A DNA stretch of 64,000 nt. Source: a virus. Position 1 is the first letter of the stretch; each line of letters begins with the position of its first letter. The stretch lies in the IMG/VR virus record IMGVR_UViG_3300021226_000189; one strand, written 5' to 3'. Of this stretch, positions 58,299-64,000 are shown piece after piece. The notes beneath the pieces were generated by a model. That model did no database searches and was not told the origin of the DNA. It saw only the letters and a list, made by a program, of their open reading frames with translations. The translations under genes and the position numbers were made by a program.

Positions 58299-58315
58299 AA
58301 AAACTAGAGTATAAT
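58299..58315 (+). promoter_or_regulatory. class II promoter AAAAACTAG-ag-TATAAT
   Basis: Consensus -10 hexamer, 6 nt before ATG 58322. Confidence 0.8.
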
Positions 58316-58321
58316 CCAATT

Positions 58322-58783
58322 ATGAAACTTTTAGGAAAAACAAACGGTGAGAAATTCATCGCATCTTTGCATCATTATCATTGTGTTACTCATGGAGATC
58401 TGATGATGGATGGCGGTCAACCCCATACCAATTTTTATGGTGGTTACAATCGCTTTTCAATGGATGGTCAGACTGTATGGTTCGAATTCAACGCTGACTT
58501 CGCTGAAATCTACAACAGACACAAAGAAACCAGAGGTATTTGGGATGTTAAACAAGGCAAAATCTTATCACCCGAAGAGTATCCAGATGTTAATGATATG
58601 AGTGTGAAAGCGGATAATTTCATTTGGGGGACTTCTGGTAAAGATGGTAAATCCCCTTTGAAATACGTTCTTCTCAAGAATTGTGAGACCGATCATTTGC
58701 AAAATATTCTAGCAAATGTTAAACATATTCAACCAGAAACAAAAAGAGTAATTGAATACATTTTGAAAAACCGTGAATCATAA
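58322..58783 (+). CDS. hypothetical protein
   Basis: 153 aa; HHYHC...DGG, WGT.GKDG..PL motifs. Confidence 0.7.
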   Translation: MKLLGKTNGEKFIASLHHYHCVTHGDLMMDGGQPHTNFYGGYNRFSMDGQTVWFEFNADFAEIYNRHKETRGIWDVKQGKILSPEEYPDVNDMSVKADNFIWGTSGKDGKSPLKYVLLKNCETDHLQNILANVKHIQPETKRVIEYILKNRES

Positions 58784-59009
58784 ATTTTATTATTACAAAT
58801 ACTCTAACGATGGTGGAGAGACTTGGGTTCTTGGACATTATAGTCGTTATCTGATGGATATCATGAAATTGGTTCGTGAGATTCCATTTTACTATCGTTT
58901 TAGAATCTATAATCAAGATGGTGTTGAATTGAATAAAGAAGAGATTAAAGAATCCTTTGATAAAATAGATTTGATGGATTCTATATTTGGAAAAGGAGGG
59001 TGGTTATGA
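58773..59009 (+). CDS. hypothetical protein
   Basis: 78-aa ORF, GTG start, overlapping. Confidence 0.55.
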   Translation: MNHKFYYYKYSNDGGETWVLGHYSRYLMDIMKLVREIPFYYRFRIYNQDGVELNKEEIKESFDKIDLMDSIFGKGGWL

Positions 59010-59245
59010 GAGATCCAATTGCTAAAGAAATTTATAAAAAACAATGGGATTTGGTGAAAAAACACGCTCAAGAACGTTCTGAGTTATTGAATGAAGCCTG
59101 TAAAAGATGGGCAGCGGAAGAAGCGGAACTGTATCAAGAGTGTCTAGAAAAGACAGGTCATAAATTTGTCGTCGTTCCTGATAGAAGTAGGAAATTGAAC
59201 GGTGAATTGAGAGAGTGGTGTGAACACTGTGGGTTATCAAAATGA
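59006..59245 (+). CDS. hypothetical protein with C-terminal CxxC
   Basis: ATGA overlap; C...GH...CEHC. Confidence 0.6.
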   Translation: MRDPIAKEIYKKQWDLVKKHAQERSELLNEACKRWAAEEAELYQECLEKTGHKFVVVPDRSRKLNGELREWCEHCGLSK

Positions 59246-59481
59246 AGCGCGATCTAATATCTCCTAATAATGTTGTCCCTTACTTAAGGGACATGGGGTA
59301 TAACTACTTTTGTAATGAACGTGGTGAACTCGTGTATTTGGGTAATTTTGAAACTTTGAGTTTCTTTCATTATCATACGATGAGAGAAAATTGGTATTTT
59401 TGGCTTGAGGATGATAAGCTATGGTCGGAAAGTATCTGTGGATTTATGATCGTGTTTCCTCTTCGAAAATCGATTGCTTAA
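59242..59481 (+). CDS. hypothetical protein
   Basis: 79-aa ORF, ATGA overlap. Confidence 0.5.
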   Translation: MKRDLISPNNVVPYLRDMGYNYFCNERGELVYLGNFETLSFFHYHTMRENWYFWLEDDKLWSESICGFMIVFPLRKSIA

Positions 59482-59496
59482 AAACTAGAATATGCT
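59480..59496 (+). promoter_or_regulatory. class II promoter AAAAACTAG-aa-TATGCT
   Basis: 6 nt before ATG 59503. Confidence 0.75.
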
Positions 59497-59502
59497 CAAA
59501 GC

Positions 59503-59571
59503 ATGAAAGAACAACACAAACTACCAACATGGCTTGCTATTAGAATCGTGGAAACATTAAACAAAAAATAA
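59503..59571 (+). CDS. 22-aa micro-ORF
   Basis: MKEQHKLPTWLAIRIVETLNKK at the consensus distance from the class II promoter. Confidence 0.45.
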   Translation: MKEQHKLPTWLAIRIVETLNKK

Positions 59572-59575
59572 TAAT

Positions 59576-60499
59576 ATGGGACTATCAAATCAAGAAAGAT
59601 ACAAAAAAATCGTATGGGCTATTCATCACATTGAAGACGAACTTCGTCATCTTCAAAACGATTACCAAACAGAAAGGCTGAAAAAATACGAAGGTAAGCT
59701 GTTTCCTGCGCTATTGAATCAAACAGGTGATCCTGGGTTTTGGATTTATGGCGACAGCTTTGATAGCGACTCTTTTAATGGCTGCGCTCTGATTTCAACT
59801 GCTTTTGAAGCGCACATGGAAGATTTGCGTTTTGAAAAGCAAAAAAGAAAAGGACAAGATTATGTTTTTGAGCATAAACCTGATGTTTTAGAGAACGCCA
59901 TTCAAATCGAAAATCTCATCTCGCATTCTGTTGTCAACGGAAGAGGAGTAGTTAATATTTGGAAGTGGGTTGAATCGTTTCTTTATGCCGCGAATCGGTA
60001 TGCTGATGAAATGTCTGAAAGCTTAACTCCTGTCAAAAATGTTATTTCTAACCTGCAAGGCGATTTGTTTGCTATTATTTCTAAAAATAATCAGTATATG
60101 AGCGCATATCTTATGAGCAGAATTCTCAACAAGTGCGTGGATATTTATGATGATGAAGACATCCTTGTGAAAACAATTAGAAGCATGTATTTGCATCATA
60201 ATTTCAATGTCGATGAAAGCACTAATGTTGAAGTTTTGATGGATATGTGGGTAGACATCCAATTCAAATGCAATTCAGACATCGAAACCAATACGAAAAT
60301 CCTATATACTCTTCGTTGCATGGGGAGGAGAGTAGTTGATAGTAAAGAAGGGATTTTCAACGCTTTGAAAGATCATGTAGATCACGATTCTTTTGAGGAA
60401 GTATTCAAACAACTCACCAAAGAGAAGGAAGAATATGACGAGAAAAACAAATACGTTCCTCGCGATCATTGTGATTTGACTTGGAGATGGAAATACTAA
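59576..60499 (+). CDS. hypothetical protein
   Basis: 307-aa ORF. Confidence 0.7.
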   Translation: MGLSNQERYKKIVWAIHHIEDELRHLQNDYQTERLKKYEGKLFPALLNQTGDPGFWIYGDSFDSDSFNGCALISTAFEAHMEDLRFEKQKRKGQDYVFEHKPDVLENAIQIENLISHSVVNGRGVVNIWKWVESFLYAANRYADEMSESLTPVKNVISNLQGDLFAIISKNNQYMSAYLMSRILNKCVDIYDDEDILVKTIRSMYLHHNFNVDESTNVEVLMDMWVDIQFKCNSDIETNTKILYTLRCMGRRVVDSKEGIFNALKDHVDHDSFEEVFKQLTKEKEEYDEKNKYVPRDHCDLTWRWKY

Positions 60500-60500
60500 T

Positions 60501-60755
60501 ATGCAAAAACTAATTTTGCGATACTTTTGGGATGATCAAGGTGCTTATTGTGGATACGAACATCTACCGTTTGAATACTCTAGTAAAGAGCAAGCTTTTG
60601 TTGATTTTTTTACACTCTATGAAAAAGAAGATCCTTTTTGCTTCCTTGGAGAAAAATTTGAAAAAGGTATGCTGTGTGATTATCCCGAAATTCTGACACT
60701 CGACGAGTGGTTTGAAAGCAACAAATTAAACAATAAAAATGAACATCCAATTTAA
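60501..60755 (+). CDS. hypothetical protein
   Basis: 84-aa ORF. Confidence 0.6.
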   Translation: MQKLILRYFWDDQGAYCGYEHLPFEYSSKEQAFVDFFTLYEKEDPFCFLGEKFEKGMLCDYPEILTLDEWFESNKLNNKNEHPI

Positions 60756-61080
60756 ATCAACCAAACAAGAACTGCCTAAACACAAGCAGTATATCTTGTA
60801 TATTAAAAGAGAACAGTCTATGTTTTACAAGGATTCACCATTACCGACATTTACTAAATGTGAATGGTCTTGGCATGATGGTGACGGCTCTCAAATATGT
60901 CACAATAATAAATATTCAGTTGAAAAGCCACCAGAGGAATATCCATTTCTTTTGATTCTTGATGGCGAGGGTTATACTATCTGGACAAACGAAACAAGTA
61001 AACATGATCCAGAAATCGAACATTTTTGGTGGATTGATCAAAAAGAGTTTGATAAAATCTGGGAAAATACTAAACATTAA
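60739..61080 (+). CDS. hypothetical protein
   Basis: 113-aa ORF. Confidence 0.6.
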   Translation: MNIQFKSTKQELPKHKQYILYIKREQSMFYKDSPLPTFTKCEWSWHDGDGSQICHNNKYSVEKPPEEYPFLLILDGEGYTIWTNETSKHDPEIEHFWWIDQKEFDKIWENTKH

Positions 61081-61096
61081 AAAACTAGACTACACT
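61080..61096 (+). promoter_or_regulatory. class II promoter AAAAACTAG-ac-TACACT
   Basis: 6 nt before ATG 61103. Confidence 0.75.
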
Positions 61097-61102
61097 GAGC
61101 TT

Positions 61103-61537
61103 ATGAAAATTCAAATCTCAACAGAAGAGAGGCAAAAAATCCTTAGCTTTAAAATTGATTATAAACGAAAACTTGATCATGGAGAAGTCGATCCTCTTAG
61201 TAGCTCGATTAAGGTGAAGGATTTTGTTCTGGATTTTTTGAAAAATCGCGGAATCAAAAGACCCAAAGTTTATGAGCAAGCGATTTATGCTTTTGAAAGC
61301 GTTGGAATGCATACTGATAATATCTCCCCAAAATCAGCAATGACGCTCTGTTTAATGATTTCGGGAAGTGGTAAGCTTTTTGCATGGGATGGTAAAAAAG
61401 TGGATGGATGTTGGTTGAACAAAGGAGAAGGTGCTATTTTTGATTTCAACCTCCCCCATTCATTCGAAACGAATAAAAAATGCCAAGCATTTCTAATTGA
61501 CATTCCTAAAAAATATAAAAAAATATTTTACAATTAA
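61103..61537 (+). CDS. cupin-fold, putative 2OG-Fe(II) oxygenase
   Basis: HTD (HxD) ... G.G..F...LPHS (distal His); start moved to 61103. Confidence 0.6.
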   Translation: MKIQISTEERQKILSFKIDYKRKLDHGEVDPLSSSIKVKDFVLDFLKNRGIKRPKVYEQAIYAFESVGMHTDNISPKSAMTLCLMISGSGKLFAWDGKKVDGCWLNKGEGAIFDFNLPHSFETNKKCQAFLIDIPKKYKKIFYN

Positions 61538-61546
61538 TTATTTGAC

Positions 61547-61636
61547 ATGAAACTCCCAAGTACAGAAGAATTTAACTTCAAAGATTGCACCATCGCTGGC
61601 GATGAGTGCTGGCTTATCATGCGATTCATTTTTTAA
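61547..61636 (+). pseudogene. orphaned 5' end of the RNA ligase gene
   Basis: MKLPSTEEFNFKDCTIAGDECWLI aligns with LP--EGFVAKRRTMFGKNMVLI of the 62304 ORF; reading then runs into the HEG 3' end. Confidence 0.65.
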
Positions 61637-62264
61637 ATTCCCATCTAAAACCAAAAGCGGTTTTCATCCGAATCCCCTTAATTGCCTTTGATATATCACC
61701 AGTTCTATTTTTACCATTACTCAAAAAATTAGTAGCATCTTTTATGGAATCCCATTCTGCAATAATTTCGTCGTTCGCAGGGTTTATTTGTAATATTGGT
61801 TTTTTAGTCTTTTTTCTTATTTTTTCTATTGATTCTTGTGATATTTTTCTACCTTTGAAAATTTTAGATAACTTTTCTCTTGTTTTGGAGCTTACGACTT
61901 TTCCCCTATGGGTATCACCTATTTTTTTCTTGGATTCTTCTGTGTGTTTCATACCAGTCAAATCCAGCCCCCTTTTACAAACATTGTATCCGCTCGGAAC
62001 TAGAGAATTAAATTTGATTATTAACTGCTCTTCTAAATTTAATAGATCAATTTTTTTAAAATTTGGTAAATATTCGACATAAACTTCAAAATTTTCATCC
62101 CCGTAACGATCCAAAGCTTTACCTATTACTTGATATCTCTCTTTTTTATAGCGGCGCAACCTTTTTTTAATACTTACAGATTCACCTACATAATATTTAC
62201 CATTTACTAAGCATTTTATAACGTATATCCCAGGCACGTCTTCGAATTTATCAAATATCTTCAT
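61626..62264 (-). mobile_element. free-standing GIY-YIG homing endonuclease with NUMOD3/NUMOD1
   Basis: GIYVI...YYVGES...R, GYN, KHTEESKKKI...H.GK, KPILQ; own TAAATA (62271-62276). Confidence 0.9.
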
Positions 62265-62303
62265 AAATATTATTTACACTTTTATCATAAAACTTCAATT
62301 AGA

Positions 62304-63401
62304 ATGAAAAATACTTTAAATTTTTATAGAAATCTTCCAGAAGGGTTTGTAGCGAAGAGGAGAACCATGTTCGGCAAGAATATGGTGCTAATCACCCCTA
62401 CGGATATTAAGACAAAATGGTGCGAAAAAACTGAATTTTTTCGCAGTTGTCTATTTGACGAGGACACTGGTAAAATTTATAGCTTAGGTTTCAAAAAATT
62501 TAAAAATTGGGGCGAAGACCCAGAATTTCAACCGTGGGATCATTCTTGGGAGTTTGAGGCTCGTTACAAAGTAGATGGGTCACTGCTTTGTATATCAAAA
62601 ATTGATGGTAATATCTTGATGCGAACAAGGGGTGTGTTTGACGCGAGAGAACATGAGACTGGTGACGAATTGGACGGATTTATTGAAAAGTATCCGCTTC
62701 TTTACGAAAACGAATTTATTAATTCTGAAAATTATACCATTTTATGCGAACACACAACTCCGAAAAGAATTATCGTTTTGCGTGAAAGCGATGAACCAAA
62801 ATTGACTCTTTTGGGCATTATTTGTCATAAGACAGGGCAATATGTCTCACAATGCGTTTTGGATGGTTTTGCGCAGCGAATTGGAATTGATCGACCTCAA
62901 AAATATATTTATAAAAATATCGCAGATTGTATTGCCGATGTTGAAGCGTGGAGAGGGAAGGAGGGGGTTGTTGCTTACTCTCCTGACGGTCAGACATTGA
63001 AAAAATTTAAAAGTAGTCATTATCTTTCACTCCATAAATTATCGTTTGGTTTGAGAGGGTTGGACAATGTTTTAGATTTGTTTGTCGAGTCTCCAAGATT
63101 TTTGGATTATCAAGATTTTTATAATTATGTGTTGGAGTCTCTGGACTTCGAAATAGCAGAAAAAATTAAAGATGAAGCGCGTCAAATCACCGATGCTTAT
63201 GCAAAATTTGTGAAAGGTGTTGAGAAAATGCGTGAACGGATGGAGTTCATTCGTAATTATGCTACTCGAAAAGAGCAAGCTGCGGCGATTCAAGAAGAGT
63301 TCACGGGATGGAAAACGTCGATTGCGTTCCTACTTCTTGACAATCGAGAAATTGATGATAAAGTCGTGCGTAAGGCAATGGAGAAAATATTAGAATTATG
63401 A
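62304..63401 (+). CDS. RNA ligase (T4 Rnl1-like)
   Basis: GFKKFKNWGE, adenylation motif KVDGSL, TRG, EGVV, KFKS..Y. Confidence 0.88.
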   Translation: MKNTLNFYRNLPEGFVAKRRTMFGKNMVLITPTDIKTKWCEKTEFFRSCLFDEDTGKIYSLGFKKFKNWGEDPEFQPWDHSWEFEARYKVDGSLLCISKIDGNILMRTRGVFDAREHETGDELDGFIEKYPLLYENEFINSENYTILCEHTTPKRIIVLRESDEPKLTLLGIICHKTGQYVSQCVLDGFAQRIGIDRPQKYIYKNIADCIADVEAWRGKEGVVAYSPDGQTLKKFKSSHYLSLHKLSFGLRGLDNVLDLFVESPRFLDYQDFYNYVLESLDFEIAEKIKDEARQITDAYAKFVKGVEKMRERMEFIRNYATRKEQAAAIQEEFTGWKTSIAFLLLDNREIDDKVVRKAMEKILEL

Positions 63402-64000
63402 TACTCATTAACAGTTATTTCGAAAACGAGCGAGAGCTTTGGGGTGAACATATCTTTTGTGAAGACTTGTGCCGCGATGAAGATATTCGGCGTAATGGTT
63501 TCACACCTATTGTAGCGCGAGGAAGCATTGCTTTCGACAATAGCGTAAAGTTTGCACTCAAGACTCTTGGACTGCCTGATTTGCGCTTTCCATTCAATAA
63601 TGACCCACGATTCTATAATTACAGCCATTGGAAATCCCTGCCTGATTTGTTAAACGCTGATTGTTGGTTCGATACATGGGGAGAAGTATCTGAATCTTTG
63701 GAGCATCGTGACAAGCTATGGATTCGCAGTGCTAGTGGTAATAAAAACTTTACTGGTGGCGTTTTCACGCGCAGTGAATTCATGAACGAAGTCGAATATT
63801 TAAAACAAATAAATAGCGACGATATTATGTTTGTGGTTGCTCACCCAAAAACAATCAACCGCGAGTATCGCTTTGTGTTTGTTGGCGGCAAAGTAATCAG
63901 CAGCAGTCTTTACATGGAGAATGGTAATCCTAAACAAGGAGAACATGCACCTGATGATCTTGTTAAATTCGCGCAGAAATGGTTCGACAGTCAATGTCTT
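63398..64000 (+). CDS. R2K-clade ATP-grasp protein (runs off the window edge; not in ORF track)
   Basis: Manual translation: WIRSASGNKNFTGGV ... INREYRFVFVGGKVISSSLY; open to 64000. Confidence 0.7.
   Translation, partial: MILINSYFENERELWGEHIFCEDLCRDEDIRRNGFTPIVARGSIAFDNSVKFALKTLGLPDLRFPFNNDPRFYNYSHWKSLPDLLNADCWFDTWGEVSESLEHRDKLWIRSASGNKNFTGGVFTRSEFMNEVEYLKQINSDDIMFVVAHPKTINREYRFVFVGGKVISSSLYMENGNPKQGEHAPDDLVKFAQKWFDSQCL

Noticed and set aside
61606-62082. 158-aa plus-strand ORF overlapping the HEG
   Set aside because: Antisense shadow of the GIY-YIG gene; different frame from the ligase remnant.
61609-62386. Group I intron in the RNA ligase gene
   Set aside because: An in-frame U|...G| join can be drawn, but the antisense HEG fills nearly the whole interval, leaving about 140 nt, too little for a ribozyme core, and no P7-like elements were seen.
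1-64000. Stop-codon reassignment
   Set aside because: Long conserved genes are uninterrupted in code 11 and TAA, TAG and TGA all terminate genes at sensible positions.
1-64000. Bacteroidota host inferred from missing Shine-Dalgarno sequences
   Set aside because: Absence of SD is explained by promoter spacing and start/stop coupling; TTGACA/TAnnnT promoters are present and I saw no TAnnTTTG-type boxes before genes. Host left undetermined.

Overview
AT-rich segment of a large T4-like (myovirus) phage genome, standard genetic code, densely coding. It holds DNA primase and clamp loader, a minus-strand tail-fibre/baseplate block (7.2-22.3 kb), neck, large terminase, sheath, tube and baseplate hub genes, a probable tape measure with an 86-aa duplication, three free-standing homing endonucleases, RNA-repair genes (RNA ligase, R2K ATP-grasp, RlaP-like nucleotidyltransferase, P-loop kinase) and a sugar-modification set (RmlA, RmlB, UER1-like epimerase/reductase, GT2, GT9-like, sulfotransferase). 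Main observations: (1) two promoter classes, TAAATA-N5/6-start (more than 25 copies) and AAAAACTAG-NN-TAnnnT-N6-start (7 copies), whose spacing predicts leaderless mRNAs; (2) a candidate virion glycosylation/sulfation system beside a fibre with a 17-aa repeat and a Ser/Thr-rich protein; (3) a GIY-YIG cassette that appears to have displaced the RNA ligase N-terminus and supplied a diverged replacement; (4) late proteins sharing a propeptide-like F-x-x-(L/I/F)-(F/Y)-E leader, including a nested in-frame isoform with its own promoter. All product calls come from motif recognition by eye; no database searches were run. Several starts were shifted from the ORF track using promoter spacing or stop/start overlaps.
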